A stretch of DNA of 64,000 bases from Candidatus Omnitrophota bacterium (GTDB lineage: Bacteria > Omnitrophota > Gorgyraeia > Tantalellales > Tantalellaceae), in NCBI GenBank assembly GCA_049643885.1, contig JBARQV010000010.1:758-64757 (forward strand), written 5' to 3'. Each line of letters begins with the position of its first letter. Position 1 is the stretch's first letter. The notes below the pieces were generated by a model. The model did not search any database, was not told the DNA's origin, and was given only the letters and a program-made list of their open reading frames with translations. Position numbers and translations under genes: made by a program. Positions 29,208-42,112 of this stretch are shown in pieces.

Positions 29208-29740
29208 TCCAGACAGCTTTCCACTTTTGTGATGATCGTATCCAGGGGAGCCAGGTGGCCTATTCCTTCGCGGCCACAGGCCAAGTGGCCGACAACGGGA
29301 TCGACGAAATGATACCCCTTTTTACGCAAATAAGAGATCTTGTCCTGGACCACCGGGTTATTATACATTTTATCGTTCATCGCCGGCGCCAGAACGACCG
29401 GGCAGTCGGAAGCAAATACCGAGCAAGTAAGAATGTCATCGCAGACTCCTGAGGCGATTTTGCCGATAATATCAGCTGTCGCGGGAGCGATCAGTATCAG
29501 GTCCGCCTCGTCTGCCAGTGAAATGTGCACCGGGTCGCGCCGTTCGGGCGGAGGGAACATCTTTGTAGCCACTTCTTTGCCGGTAAGGATCTCCAGGGTA
29601 AGTGGAGTAACGAACCACTTGGCGTCTTTGGACATGACGCACCGGACGGAATATCCTTTCTTCCTGAAAAGACCGATCAGGTCACACGCCTTGTAGCTGG
29701 CTATGCTCCCGGTTACCCCCAGGAGTATATTCTTTCCCAT
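29204..29740 (-). CDS. coaC: Phosphopantothenoylcysteine decarboxylase (CoaC flavoprotein domain, separate ORF)
   Basis: ILLGVTGSIASYKACDLIGLFRKKGYSV...APAMNDKMY flavoprotein motifs of the CoaC half of Dfp. Confidence 0.8.
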   Translation of the reverse strand: MGKNILLGVTGSIASYKACDLIGLFRKKGYSVRCVMSKDAKWFVTPLTLEILTGKEVATKMFPPPERRDPVHISLADEADLILIAPATADIIGKIASGVCDDILTCSVFASDCPVVLAPAMNDKMYNNPVVQDKISYLRKKGYHFVDPVVGHLACGREGIGHLAPLDTIITKVESCLE

Positions 29741-29944
29741 TTATTTCCTCTTCGGAATTCTAAGTTTTACTTTACCCTCGGCGATCTCTTGTATCGCGAT
29801 ACTCGTCATCTTTGCGTCCGGGTCGGCACTCACAAGTTTTTTCATCCCACTGTTAAGTTCCATGGCTCTTATCGCAGCAAGATTGCAGAGCTTATAAATA
29901 CTTCCGACTTTTTTCATCAATTCGTCACGCCCTACTTGCCTCAT
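29741..29944 (-). CDS. rpoZ: DNA-directed RNA polymerase subunit omega
   Basis: 67 aa with LMKKVGSIYKLCNLAAIRAMEL, comparable to the RpoZ core. Conserved gmk-rpoZ-coaBC neighbourhood. Confidence 0.75.
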   Translation of the reverse strand: MRQVGRDELMKKVGSIYKLCNLAAIRAMELNSGMKKLVSADPDAKMTSIAIQEIAEGKVKLRIPKRK

Positions 29945-29968
29945 TTACACGCTCCTGTTCCTGCGGTC

Positions 29969-30556
29969 TTATTTCTTTTCCCTGTTCTTTCTTTCGGTCT
30001 CAATAATGGACTGTAATTCTTTCACTGCCTTATCCAGGTCCTCGTTGACGATCAAGTAGTCGTATTCCTCTGCAGCTGCCATTTCGCGCCCGGATTCCTT
30101 CAATCGCACCGACATCTCGCTTTCCATGTCGGTATTCCTTTTTTTCAGCCTTGCGGCTAATTCATCTTTGGAGGGGGGCATGATAAAGATGCTTACGCTC
30201 CCCGGGTATTTTTCTCTTACCTGCCTGGCGCCCTTTACGTCAATGCTCAGGATTATATCCTCTTTTGCGCCAAGGGCTTCCTTAAGCTGCTCCTCCGAAG
30301 ACCCATACAGGTTGCCGAAAACTTCCTCCCACTCGAGGAAATCCCCAGTTTCGATCTTTTTCTTAAACTCTTCGTTCGAGATGAATATGTAATCTTTCTC
30401 GCCTGTTTCGCCTTGCCGCCGCGGCCGAGTCGTGTACGAGACCAGGCAACGCAAGCCGGATGTCTGCTCTAAAAGACGGTTTACGATCGTGGTCTTACCG
30501 CTGCCGCTAGGCGCTGAGATGATTATGATCAGATTTTGTTTTTTTCCCTGGCTCAC
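29969..30556 (-). CDS. gmk: Guanylate kinase
   Basis: ISAPSGSGKTT P-loop, YTTRPRRQGE and LEWEEVFGNLYGSS motifs. Confidence 0.92.
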   Translation of the reverse strand: MSQGKKQNLIIIISAPSGSGKTTIVNRLLEQTSGLRCLVSYTTRPRRQGETGEKDYIFISNEEFKKKIETGDFLEWEEVFGNLYGSSEEQLKEALGAKEDIILSIDVKGARQVREKYPGSVSIFIMPPSKDELAARLKKRNTDMESEMSVRLKESGREMAAAEEYDYLIVNEDLDKAVKELQSIIETERKNREKK

Positions 30557-31437
30557 TCTACGTTCTTGACCTGTTCCCTCAATTTTTCGATCTCACTCTT
30601 GATCTCGATCACTGCCCTGGATATCCTGAAATCGCCTGATTTCGCGCCAATGGTATTAGCTTCCCGGTGCATCTCCTGGGCAATGAAATCCAATTTTTTC
30701 CCAGTATCTTTCTTTGCCGTCCTCATGGTCTTCCTGTAGGTGTCCGCGTGGTTGTCCAGGCGGGTTATTTCTTCCGATATATCGTAATTTCTGGCGTACA
30801 GCGCGGCTTCTTCTTCTAGCCTGTCCCTGTCGACCTTCCCCTGGTTTGATATTTTTTTTATGGCCCGGGTGATCTTGCTTTTGTACCCGGCAACGTTCTG
30901 CTTTTCGTATTTTTTGACCGCTTCCAGGCCTTTATTGATATTTCCCAGGCGCGCGGTAAAATCCTTAGCAAGCCGCGCCCCCTCGGATTTCCGGTATGCC
31001 ACCAGGCTGTCCAGGGCCTTGTCCGCGGCTTTCTTGATATGGGGCCATACCTGGCCCGCCCTTTTACTGGTATCGCTTTCTATCACTCCCAGAAAACCGA
31101 CGACATCCTGGATCTTGAGCTCTCCGGCGATGCCCAGCTTCTTTTGTGCTTTTTTGATCTTATTGATATATTCCAGGGCAACGATCTCGTTCAGAAATAT
31201 TTTATGAAGAGGTTCCTGGCTATCGCTGCTCTCGCGGGTCACCTTGATGAACACTTTTCCTCTGTATAGTTTTCCGTCGAAAATATGTTTCAGCTTTTCT
31301 TCAAGGAGAAAAAATCCGTTGAAAGGAGAGCAGGTAACGCTCAGGCTTTTGTGATTTAAGGTCTTTATTTCGACTATTATTGTCCCGTAGGGAGTTTTTT
31401 CGGAGGCCTTCCCGAATCCGGTCATTGATTTTAACAT
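30553..31437 (-). CDS. yicC: YicC-family stress-induced protein
   Basis: MLKSMTGFGKA N-terminus and an EMHREANTIG motif near the C-terminus characteristic of YicC/YloC. Start taken at ATG 31437; the ORF-track start at 31521 reads through the ndk 3' region. Confidence 0.8.
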   Translation of the reverse strand: MLKSMTGFGKASEKTPYGTIIVEIKTLNHKSLSVTCSPFNGFFLLEEKLKHIFDGKLYRGKVFIKVTRESSDSQEPLHKIFLNEIVALEYINKIKKAQKKLGIAGELKIQDVVGFLGVIESDTSKRAGQVWPHIKKAADKALDSLVAYRKSEGARLAKDFTARLGNINKGLEAVKKYEKQNVAGYKSKITRAIKKISNQGKVDRDRLEEEAALYARNYDISEEITRLDNHADTYRKTMRTAKKDTGKKLDFIAQEMHREANTIGAKSGDFRISRAVIEIKSEIEKLREQVKNVE

Positions 31438-31441
31438 TGAA

Positions 31442-31939
31442 TTACGCCCACTTTCGTTTTTGTATCGTTGTTTCCTCCACCGTAACGGGATAAACGTCAA
31501 CGATGATCTCATCCGGCTCAAACCAGAGTTTTATTTCGTTTTCCGCGTCTTCAGTGTTAGCGGAAGCGTGTATCACGTTCTCGTAGACCCCCTTGGTGGT
31601 GATCCTCCCGTATGCGCCTCTTATGCTCACCGCGTCCGCTTCTTCGGGATTGGTTTCCCCGCAGATCTCCCGGACCTTCCCGATAGCGTCTTCCCCCCAG
31701 TAGATCAGAGCCATGACTTTCTTTTTGTGGTACTCGCCCATGATATAGCTGATAAGCTCCCCAAAGAAAGGTTTATCTTTCAGGTGGCTGTAATGTTTTA
31801 TGGCGAGCTCCCGGGAGACCCTTACGATCTTCGATCCCACAATATCGAGCTTGGTTTCGGACAAGCGGGTCAAGATATTCCCGGTCAATGATTTTTTCAG
31901 GCCGTCGGGCTTGATCAGCACCAGAGTCTGTTCTATCAT
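31442..31939 (-). CDS. ndk: Nucleoside diphosphate kinase
   Basis: EQTLVLIKPDGL...NVIHASAN motifs, 165 aa. Confidence 0.92.
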   Translation of the reverse strand: MIEQTLVLIKPDGLKKSLTGNILTRLSETKLDIVGSKIVRVSRELAIKHYSHLKDKPFFGELISYIMGEYHKKKVMALIYWGEDAIGKVREICGETNPEEADAVSIRGAYGRITTKGVYENVIHASANTEDAENEIKLWFEPDEIIVDVYPVTVEETTIQKRKWA

Positions 31940-32032
31940 CTCTTTTCGCCCCTATGTTATTAATAAAATTTACTCTCTGCGGTGTGAATATTGTAACAAC
32001 TGCCGATTAAAAAAGCAATATGCTTATTATTT

Positions 32033-32135
32033 GGTCCCGGATATTCGCCTTCGGCGAATTCCGGGATGACATTCTTTTATTCCCGGGCTCGTCCGGGATG
32101 ACATATTTTTATTGTTTTCTCGTCCGGGATGACAT
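32033..32135. repeat. GTCATCCCGG hairpin-repeat cluster (3-4 units) in the ndk-rsmI intergenic region
   Basis: ggtcccggatattcgccttcggcgaattccgggatgac is near-identical to 13963-14000. It is followed by tcccgggctcgtccgggatgacatatttttatt and a second cgtccgggatgacatatttt unit. Confidence 0.75.
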
Positions 32136-32139
32136 ATTT

Positions 32140-32805
32140 TCAAAAAATGACGATAAATTCACCGCGCGGTTTATTTTTGGCGAAGTGTTCAAGGTGCTGG
32201 CCTGCTGTTCCCCTTCTTATTTCCTCAAATTTCTTGGTTATCTCCCGGGCCAGCACGATCTCCCTGCCCGGAGCGATCTCGGCAAAATCACTAAGGAATT
32301 TCTCTATACGGTGCGGTGATTCGTAAACGATCACCGTCCTGTCTTCCTCCTTCAGTTTCTCCAGCTGCTTGCGCCTTTTCGCGCTTTTGCTCGACAAAAA
32401 GCCTTCAAAGACAAATTTGCTTGTCGGCTTGCCGGAAAGGACCAACGCCGCAACGAATGCCGTGGGCCCCGGGACAGCAGTTAAAGATATATCGTTTTTG
32501 ATGCACCCGGCTATCAGTATATATCCCGGATCAGAAATGCCGGGAGTGCCGGAATCCGAGATCAAGGCCACGTTTGCCCCTTCTCGCAACTTTTTCAATA
32601 TCTGGGGCGTCTTTTGTTCCGCGTTGTACGAGTAAAAACTGGTCAGGGCGGCATCGATCCCGTACTTGCCGAGCAGGACTTTCGCCTTGCGCGTGTCTTC
32701 CGCGGCGATGAGATCGGCTTCTTTCAATATTCTTATCGCCCGCAAGGTGATATCTTCAAGATTTCCGATCGGCGTGCTTACTATATAAAGTGTACCTGGA
32801 GCCAT
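32140..32805 (-). CDS. rsmI: 16S rRNA (cytidine1402-2'-O)-methyltransferase
   Basis: LYIVSTPIGNLEDITLRAIRILKEADLIAAEDTR tetrapyrrole-methylase-fold signature of RsmI. Confidence 0.85.
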   Translation of the reverse strand: MAPGTLYIVSTPIGNLEDITLRAIRILKEADLIAAEDTRKAKVLLGKYGIDAALTSFYSYNAEQKTPQILKKLREGANVALISDSGTPGISDPGYILIAGCIKNDISLTAVPGPTAFVAALVLSGKPTSKFVFEGFLSSKSAKRRKQLEKLKEEDRTVIVYESPHRIEKFLSDFAEIAPGREIVLAREITKKFEEIRRGTAGQHLEHFAKNKPRGEFIVIF

Positions 32806-32848
32806 GTTTGTGGATTATTTGTGGTCTGTTTATTGTGTATTGTGCTTT

Positions 32849-34705
32849 TTACTCTACCGTTACTGATTTTGCAAGATTTCTCGGCTGGTCGATGTCATAT
32901 CCGAAATCCGCCGCGACATAATAAGCCAGAAGCTGCAAGGGAATGACCACAAGGAGCGGCGAAAAGACCTCCGGCAGCCGGGGGATCTCGATAATGTGGT
33001 TGACATTGCTTTCCCGCACTTTTTCATCGCCCTCTGAAACAATAGCGATGATTATTCCGCTCCGCGCCTTTATCTCCTGGACATTGGAAAGCATTTTCTC
33101 GTAAGTGTCGGATTGTGTGGCTATGCACACGACCCAAGGGTTCTCGTCGATCAGAGCGATCGGTCCATGCTTCATCTCCCCGGCGGGGTAGCCTTCCGCG
33201 CTGATGTAAGAGATCTCTTTCAGTTTTAATGCTCCTTCCAGGGCGTTGGGGTAGTTTATGTTCCTGGCCAGGTAGAGAAAACAGCTTTTATTGCTGCGTG
33301 CCAGGTAATATTCATGGAAATCCTCGGCATGTTTTGATATCTGGTTCCTTTTGGAGTGGTACTGTTTCAGGAGTTTGTCCATCAGGGCCGGCGTCTTTTT
33401 GAGTTCCCTGAGGAACCATTTGCGGTCCAGGGGAAACGTTCTCTTCAGGGCGGCAAGGTAAAACGTAAAAAGGTACAATACGGCCAACTGCGCCGTATAT
33501 GCCTTTGTCGAAGCTACGGCTATTTCCGGACCGGCGTGCGTGTAGATAACCCCGTCGGCTTCCCTGGCTATGGAGCTGGCCAGGACATTGCAGATAGCCA
33601 AGACCTTGGCCTGCCGCTCGCGGGCTTGTCGCAAAGCGGCCAGGGTATCGGCCGTCTCGCCGGACTGTGATATTACAATAACCAGGGTGTCTTTGCCGAC
33701 AAGAGGATCACGGTAACGGAATTCACTCGAGGTGTCGACCCATACCGGAACGCGTGCATACTTTTCTATCAGGTACTTGCCAATCATCCCCGCGTGGTAC
33801 GCCGTTCCGCAGGCCACGATAACGACCCTTTTGATGCTCTTCAGCTTTGTCTTGTTGATGGCAAGCTCTTCAAAGACAACTTCATCCCCTTTTATCCTCT
33901 CCTTGAAGATCCCCCTGAGGACTTCCGGCTGCTCGAAGATCTCTTTCAGCATAAAATGTTTATATCCCATTTTCTCGGCCTGGGAAATGTCCCATTTCAC
34001 CAGGACCGGTTTTCTCCTGACCTTCCTGCCCCTGGAATCGCTTATTGAATAATCTTTCTCGGAGATATCCGCTATTTCTCCGTTTTCCAGGAAGATCACT
34101 TTTTTGGTATGCTCGAGAACGGCAGGGACATCGCTGGCCAGAAAATTTTCCCCTTCGCCCAGACCCACGATCAGGGGGCTGTCCTTCCTGGCTCCTATTA
34201 TCCTTCCCGGTTCTCCTTTATGAACGACGGCGATCGCGTAAGACCCCTTTAACTTCTTCGCTGCCCTCTTGACTGCGTCAAACAGATCGCCCCTGTAAAA
34301 CTCGGCGATCAAGTGGGCTATTACTTCGGTATCGGTCTCCGACCGAAAGACATACCCCGCTTCCCGGAGTTCTCTTTTGATCTCCTGATAATTTTCAATG
34401 ATCCCGTTATGGACTACCGCGATCTGTTCCCGCGGATCGATATGAGGGTGTGCGTTCACGTCGTTGGGGGCTCCATGAGTAGCCCACCTTGTGTGTCCTA
34501 TGCCGGATGTCCCTTTTACGGGATGGTCATTGAGATCATCCGCGAGCACGGAAAGTTTGCCCTGCTTCTTTCTGATATGGATGCTGTCTCCCTTCAAGAC
34601 CGCGATACCCGCAGAATCATACCCGCGGTACTCAAGGCGGGAGAGTCCCTTGAGCAGGATGCCTGTGGCCTCTTTTTTCCCAGTGTATCCTATTATCCCG
34701 CACAT
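32849..34705 (-). CDS. glmS: Glutamine--fructose-6-phosphate aminotransferase
   Basis: MCGIIGY N-terminal nucleophile amidase, two SIS domains and the C-terminal VTVE end. 618 aa. Confidence 0.93.
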   Translation of the reverse strand: MCGIIGYTGKKEATGILLKGLSRLEYRGYDSAGIAVLKGDSIHIRKKQGKLSVLADDLNDHPVKGTSGIGHTRWATHGAPNDVNAHPHIDPREQIAVVHNGIIENYQEIKRELREAGYVFRSETDTEVIAHLIAEFYRGDLFDAVKRAAKKLKGSYAIAVVHKGEPGRIIGARKDSPLIVGLGEGENFLASDVPAVLEHTKKVIFLENGEIADISEKDYSISDSRGRKVRRKPVLVKWDISQAEKMGYKHFMLKEIFEQPEVLRGIFKERIKGDEVVFEELAINKTKLKSIKRVVIVACGTAYHAGMIGKYLIEKYARVPVWVDTSSEFRYRDPLVGKDTLVIVISQSGETADTLAALRQARERQAKVLAICNVLASSIAREADGVIYTHAGPEIAVASTKAYTAQLAVLYLFTFYLAALKRTFPLDRKWFLRELKKTPALMDKLLKQYHSKRNQISKHAEDFHEYYLARSNKSCFLYLARNINYPNALEGALKLKEISYISAEGYPAGEMKHGPIALIDENPWVVCIATQSDTYEKMLSNVQEIKARSGIIIAIVSEGDEKVRESNVNHIIEIPRLPEVFSPLLVVIPLQLLAYYVAADFGYDIDQPRNLAKSVTVE

Positions 34706-34707
34706 CT

Positions 34708-35238
34708 TTATTCTTCCTTGTGCATCCGGTTAAGAAGGTTTATGATATCGGTCCTGGTGCTGCGACCGACCAGAGAAGCCAGGTAGAAAAGGACGGAGAA
34801 CTGCCAGCACTCCTCCGGCCCTATTATGAGCGCGGTCGATACGTTTTCTTCTCTTTCCAGTTGTCTCTTATGCTTTTCCACGCCCTTTGCCAAACTCGTT
34901 TCTTCCAGATCCAAACACTCGACGCTGTTGTTGTATTTAAGGGACGGGAATCTTATCCCCCTCATCAGAAAAAGCATTTGGACGCTGTCGCCTCCTATCT
35001 CCATATCCTCGCGGAAATCGAATCCCTCGAACTGCGGCATATCCTCGGGCAGCACGATCAAAGGTTTTTCAACGATCACTTTCCCCTTGCGGGCTACGGT
35101 GTGCCCCTCGTTTACGCTGGACTCGGCGAGAAATATGTAAGGCACTGCCGTGGACACGAAAGTGGAAAGCCCCTTGACCCGCCCCCTTACAACTTCTGTT
35201 TTTTCCTGGGCTTTGTCCCAGAACTGTTCAATATCCAT
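34708..35238 (-). CDS. Hypothetical protein (176 aa, no recognised family)
   Basis: Clean ORF abutting the glmS start (3-nt gap), soluble with an acidic composition. I cannot assign a family from sequence alone. Confidence 0.45.
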   Translation of the reverse strand: MDIEQFWDKAQEKTEVVRGRVKGLSTFVSTAVPYIFLAESSVNEGHTVARKGKVIVEKPLIVLPEDMPQFEGFDFREDMEIGGDSVQMLFLMRGIRFPSLKYNNSVECLDLEETSLAKGVEKHKRQLEREENVSTALIIGPEECWQFSVLFYLASLVGRSTRTDIINLLNRMHKEE

Positions 35239-35310
35239 TTTCTCCTTCTAAGAACATTTAGCGGGTAGCATATACTATCCGACACACGCTACCCGCTACC
35301 CGTTAAATAA

Positions 35311-35388
35311 TGGCGTCCCCACGGGGATTCGAACCCCGGTCGTCAGAATGAAAATCTGATGTCCTAGGCCAGACTAGACGATGGGGAC
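35311..35388 (-). tRNA. tRNA-Glu (anticodon UUC)
   Basis: 78-nt reverse-strand tRNA, near-identical in body to the tRNA-Glu(CUC) at 566-643. Anticodon loop ttTTCat, CCA end. Confidence 0.85.
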
Positions 35389-35442
35389 CAAGTCTGTTTA
35401 TTGTACAAAATCGTCTTTTGCTTTTCAATATCTTTTTGAAAT

Positions 35443-37887
35443 TTATTCTTCTTCGCCTTCTTCTGCCTTGGCGACCACGCTGGCCACTGAAGTAAGGCTG
35501 TCCGAAGGTTTCAGGTTAATGATCTTTACCCCTTGAGTAGATCTGCCTATAGTATTTATCCCTTTCACCGCGACCCTGACAACCATGCCCTGTTTGGAGA
35601 TAAGCATGATCTCGCCTTCATCCTTTACGGACATGACGCCGATCACGGGCCCGTTCTTGTTGACCACTTTCAAATTGATTACCCCGCTCCCGCCCCGGGA
35701 TTGCATGCGGTACTCGCTGAATTGGGTCCTCTTGCCGTACCCTCGCTCGGTAGCGGTAAGAAGGGTCGCGTCGGGGGAGGTCTTCACCATCCCTACCACG
35801 GAGTCTTTCTTTTTTAGGCTTATGCCTTTGACTCCCTGGGCGCTGCGTCCCATGGACCTGATGTTGGTTTCCTTGAACCGTATAGCCTTCCCGCTTGCCG
35901 TGGCCAGGCAGATCTCATCATTGCCGTCGGAAAGAAGCGCGCCTTCAAGATGGTCCCCTTTGCCCAGCGTTATGGCGATGATGCCGCCCCTCCGGGGATT
36001 GCTGAAAGCGTTAAGCGGCGTCTTTTTTATTTTCCCCTGGGTGGTGGCCATCACCACAAAACGCCCTTCCGCAAATTCGCGCACCGGCACTACAGCGGTG
36101 ATCTTCTCGCCCTCAGCGACCCCTATAAGATTTATTATCGGCCGGCCTTTTGTCCTCTTCCCGGCCTGCGGGATCTCGTGGACCTTGAGCCAGTACAGCT
36201 TTCCTGCATTGGTGAAGATCAGCATGTAGTCATGGGTGGACGCGACGAAAAGGTGCTCTATGAAGTCTTCCTCTTTCGTCTCGGCCCCGGTAACGCCTTT
36301 GCCGCCACGGCGCTGCTTTTTGTAAGCGCTGACCGGAAACCTTTTAATATACCCGGCGTGGCTGACAGTTATCACCATGTCTTCCTCCGCTATCAGGTCT
36401 TCGATGTCTATCTCTTCCGCAGCCTTGGTGATCTCTGTCCTGCGCGGGTCATTGAATTTCTCTTTAAGTTCCAGGGATTCTGTTTTGATGATTTCCGTCA
36501 CTTTCTTTTCGCTGGCCAAAATCCCCTTCAGCGCTTCTATGACTTTGAGCAGTTCCAGGTATTCTTTCTGGATCTTCTCCGTCTCAAGGCTGGTCAGTTG
36601 CTGCAGCCTCATCGCCAGTATGGCCAGGGTCTGGGCTTCGGAAAGTTTGAATTTTTTCATGAGGGCGATCTTCGCCGCTTCGGGGTCTTTAGAATTTTTG
36701 ATGACTTTTATGACTTCATCCAGGTTCTTGATGGCGATCTTTAAGCCCTCGAGTATATGGGCCCTTTCTTCGGCCCGCGCCAGATCATGCCTGGTCCTTT
36801 TGATGATGATATCTTTGCGGTGTTTTATAAAATGTTCCAGCGCTTCTTTCAGGCTGAGTACTCTGGGCTGGCCGCCGACCAGCGCCAGCATGATCACGCC
36901 GAACGTTTCCTTCATCTGAGTACGCTTGTACAGCTGGTTCATGAGGATCTCTGTGTTATAGCCCCGGCGGACGTCTATCACGATACGCATGCCGTCCCTG
37001 TCGGACTCATCCCTGATATCCACTACACCTTCCACTTTCTTGTTTCTGACGAGGTCGGCGATGGAAGTTATCAGCTTGGTCTTGTTAACCTGGTAAGGGA
37101 TCTCCGTGACCACTACGCTCTCCCTGCCCTGTCTTTTTTGTTCCACATGCGCCTTGGCGTGGAGGATCAGGCTGCCCCGCCCGGTCTTGTACGCTTTAAG
37201 TATCGGCTCTTTGCCGCAGATAAGCGCCCCCGTCGGGAAATCCGGCCCTTTTACGATCTTCGCCAGGTCCTCGACCTCGCAAGCAGGGTTGTCGATCAAA
37301 TAACAGACGGCATCTACGACTTCGCCCAGGTTATGCGGAGGAATGTTCGTCGCCATGCCTACGGCTATACCGCTTGACCCATTCAAAAGAAGGTTGGGAA
37401 GAACGGAGGGTAAAACTTTCGGTTCTTGCAGGCTTCCGTCAAAATTCGGCGCGAACTGGACTGTGCCTTTGTCGATGTCCTGCATCATCGCATCGGATAT
37501 TCTATGCATTCTTGCTTCTGTATACCGCATGGCCGCCGCCGGATCGCCGTCAACCGATCCAAAGTTCCCTTGCCCGTTGATAAGCGGGTATCTTAAAGAA
37601 AAATCCTGGACCATGCGGACCAGGGAGTCGTAGACAGCCGCGTCCCCATGAGGGTGATATTTACCTAGGACTTCCCCGACTATCCTGGCGCTTTTTTTGT
37701 AAGGCTTGTTATACGTCAAACCCATGTCCTTCATCGCGTAAAGAATACGGCGATGAACGGGTTTCAGGCCGTCCCTTACATCCGGGAGCGCGCGCCCGAC
37801 AATTACGCTCATAGCGTAATTGATATAGGAATCTTTCATCTCCTCTTCTATGTAGACCGGGATGATCTTTTCATTTCTCGTATACAT
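35443..37887 (-). CDS. gyrA: DNA gyrase subunit A
   Basis: 814 aa with N-terminal [31 protein letters not shown] motifs, active-site Tyr region ([11 protein letters not shown]) and C-terminal beta-pinwheel repeats. Confidence 0.95.
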   Translation of the reverse strand: MYTRNEKIIPVYIEEEMKDSYINYAMSVIVGRALPDVRDGLKPVHRRILYAMKDMGLTYNKPYKKSARIVGEVLGKYHPHGDAAVYDSLVRMVQDFSLRYPLINGQGNFGSVDGDPAAAMRYTEARMHRISDAMMQDIDKGTVQFAPNFDGSLQEPKVLPSVLPNLLLNGSSGIAVGMATNIPPHNLGEVVDAVCYLIDNPACEVEDLAKIVKGPDFPTGALICGKEPILKAYKTGRGSLILHAKAHVEQKRQGRESVVVTEIPYQVNKTKLITSIADLVRNKKVEGVVDIRDESDRDGMRIVIDVRRGYNTEILMNQLYKRTQMKETFGVIMLALVGGQPRVLSLKEALEHFIKHRKDIIIKRTRHDLARAEERAHILEGLKIAIKNLDEVIKVIKNSKDPEAAKIALMKKFKLSEAQTLAILAMRLQQLTSLETEKIQKEYLELLKVIEALKGILASEKKVTEIIKTESLELKEKFNDPRRTEITKAAEEIDIEDLIAEEDMVITVSHAGYIKRFPVSAYKKQRRGGKGVTGAETKEEDFIEHLFVASTHDYMLIFTNAGKLYWLKVHEIPQAGKRTKGRPIINLIGVAEGEKITAVVPVREFAEGRFVVMATTQGKIKKTPLNAFSNPRRGGIIAITLGKGDHLEGALLSDGNDEICLATASGKAIRFKETNIRSMGRSAQGVKGISLKKKDSVVGMVKTSPDATLLTATERGYGKRTQFSEYRMQSRGGSGVINLKVVNKNGPVIGVMSVKDEGEIMLISKQGMVVRVAVKGINTIGRSTQGVKIINLKPSDSLTSVASVVAKAEEGEEE

Positions 37888-37900
37888 TGTCTCTCCTTAA

Positions 37901-40444
<2,544 letters not shown>

Positions 40445-40451
40445 CTATTTT

Positions 40452-40790
40452 TTACTCTTCACTTAAAGAACCGATCCTGAATCTTATGTCCTTGGCTTTT
40501 TTCCGCCCGGTATAGTGGGCGTTGAATTTTTCCAGGATCTTTTTCCTCTCTAAAGTAAGTTTATACAACCATGAAGAATTTTCAACTATTACAATAAGGG
40601 TCCCGTTTCTGTAATTACCCAGGCGCATGCGGATCCTCAGGTCCCCGCTGACCGCAGCTTCCCAGGCAGTCATGACCGCGCCGGCCCTTCGCACTTTCCC
40701 GTCCTTCCACTTACGCAGAAGGTCGCCTACGATCCCCTCAAGGTGCTTAGTTTCTCTTCTTTTTCCGCCGGCAGCGTTCATCAAAGTCAC
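40452..40790 (-). CDS. DUF721-domain protein (DciA-like), in the dnaN-gyrB neighbourhood
   Basis: 112-aa basic protein located between dnaN and gyrB, where DUF721/DciA genes typically occur. The WLYKLTLERKKILEKFNAHYTG hydrophobic-core pattern is consistent with this family. Confidence 0.5.
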   Translation of the reverse strand: MTLMNAAGGKRRETKHLEGIVGDLLRKWKDGKVRRAGAVMTAWEAAVSGDLRIRMRLGNYRNGTLIVIVENSSWLYKLTLERKKILEKFNAHYTGRKKAKDIRFRIGSLSEE

Positions 40791-41890
40791 GCGGTTAACT
40801 GCATGGGCAAGACCACATACACATATTCTTCGTTCTTGCGTATCACTCCGGGCTTGTTCGCTTCGTTCACTTCAAAAACAATCTCTTCATCGCTCATATT
40901 TTTAAGAACATCTATCAGGTATTTTGGGTTGAACCCTATCGCCAGATCTTCTTGTCCGGAATAATCCACGTCTATCTGCTCCTTGGCCTCCCCGAGATAC
41001 GGCGTGTTTTTCGAAATGGTCATTTTTTTCTTCTGGATATCAAGCTTGACGGCGAGGGAATCCTGATCGGTAAAGATGCTGGCTCTTTTTGTGGCCGACA
41101 GAAGCTCTTCCCTTGAAACTTTGACTTTTTTTGGAGATTCTTCGGGGATGACTTTCCTGTAATTCGGAAATTCTCCCTCTATCAACCGGGAAATAATAAA
41201 AAACTCAGGGAAAGAGAACAATATCTGGGTGTCGCTGAATTGTATTTTTACTTCTCCCTCATCTCCCAGTAGTCTTTTGACCTCCTGGACGGTCTTAGCC
41301 GGAACAATAACTTCCCGGTCGACCAATGTTTTCTTTGGGAGTATTTTTCTCATCATCGCCATCCTTTTGCCGTCGGTCGCCACAACACAGAGTTTATCCC
41401 CTTTGACCTCGATAAGCATCCCATTAAGAACGTACCTGGTGTCTTCCTTACTGATGGCGAAATCGGTCATGACAAGTATCTCTTTAAGTAAGCTCTGCGG
41501 AATAGTTATAGAGTCCCTGTCTTTAAAAAGCGGTAGTTGGGGGAATTCCTCCTTGGGAAGCCCGAGGATCTTGAAGTGTGCTTTTCCGTTTTTGATGTTT
41601 ATAGCGTTGTTTTTCTTCATCGACAGGGTTACGTCGCTTCCCTCCGGAAGTGCTCGGACAATATCAAAGAACTTTTTTGCTGGTACCGTTATTGCGCCTT
41701 CCCGGGAAGCGCTTACTGGAAGTGTGGAGCATATCCCAATATCGAGATCCGTTGCGGTTAATTTAAGCCTCCCCTTCTCTACCTCAAGAAGTACGTTCGC
41801 TAGGATCGGTAAGCTACTTTTTTGCGTAACTGCATTCTGGACTATCTGCATACCGTTCGCAAGATCGGTTTTCTGAATTGTCAACTCCAT
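40787..41890 (-). CDS. dnaN: DNA polymerase III beta subunit (sliding clamp)
   Basis: 367 aa with a three-domain clamp and N-terminus MELTIQKTDLANGMQIVQNAV...LPILANVLLE. Confidence 0.92.
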   Translation of the reverse strand: MELTIQKTDLANGMQIVQNAVTQKSSLPILANVLLEVEKGRLKLTATDLDIGICSTLPVSASREGAITVPAKKFFDIVRALPEGSDVTLSMKKNNAINIKNGKAHFKILGLPKEEFPQLPLFKDRDSITIPQSLLKEILVMTDFAISKEDTRYVLNGMLIEVKGDKLCVVATDGKRMAMMRKILPKKTLVDREVIVPAKTVQEVKRLLGDEGEVKIQFSDTQILFSFPEFFIISRLIEGEFPNYRKVIPEESPKKVKVSREELLSATKRASIFTDQDSLAVKLDIQKKKMTISKNTPYLGEAKEQIDVDYSGQEDLAIGFNPKYLIDVLKNMSDEEIVFEVNEANKPGVIRKNEEYVYVVLPMQLTA

Positions 41891-42112
41891 CTCGTCCTCC
41901 TAGAATACTTTAATCTAGTTTTAAAAAAATAGCAGTAAACGTAGTATATAGGTATCTGTGGATATGTTCATAACCCCCAAAACCCATGTAGCTAAAGAAA
42001 AAACAACAATCCCCTCTTGTTGATAACCACCACAAAAAATGTGGAGAACCTGTTTACTTATCCACAAGTTATCCACAAGGGGGGATAACAAAGAACAGCT
42101 CGGGGCAACTTT
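41891..42112. promoter_or_regulatory. Candidate oriC segment (dnaA-dnaN intergenic DnaA-box cluster)
   Basis: Two perfect tandem TTATCCACA boxes (42058-42066 and 42069-42077). Near-boxes TGTGGATAT (41957-41965) and TGTGGAGAA (42040-42048). AT-rich tracts. Window-wide gene strand switch centred on dnaA. Confidence 0.6.

Noticed and set aside
32806-34710. glmS ribozyme or T-box leaders upstream of glmS, pheS, thrS
   Set aside because: Each gene directly abuts or overlaps the preceding gene (3-nt gap before glmS, pheS overlaps trkA, thrS abuts a tRNA). There is no room for a leader.
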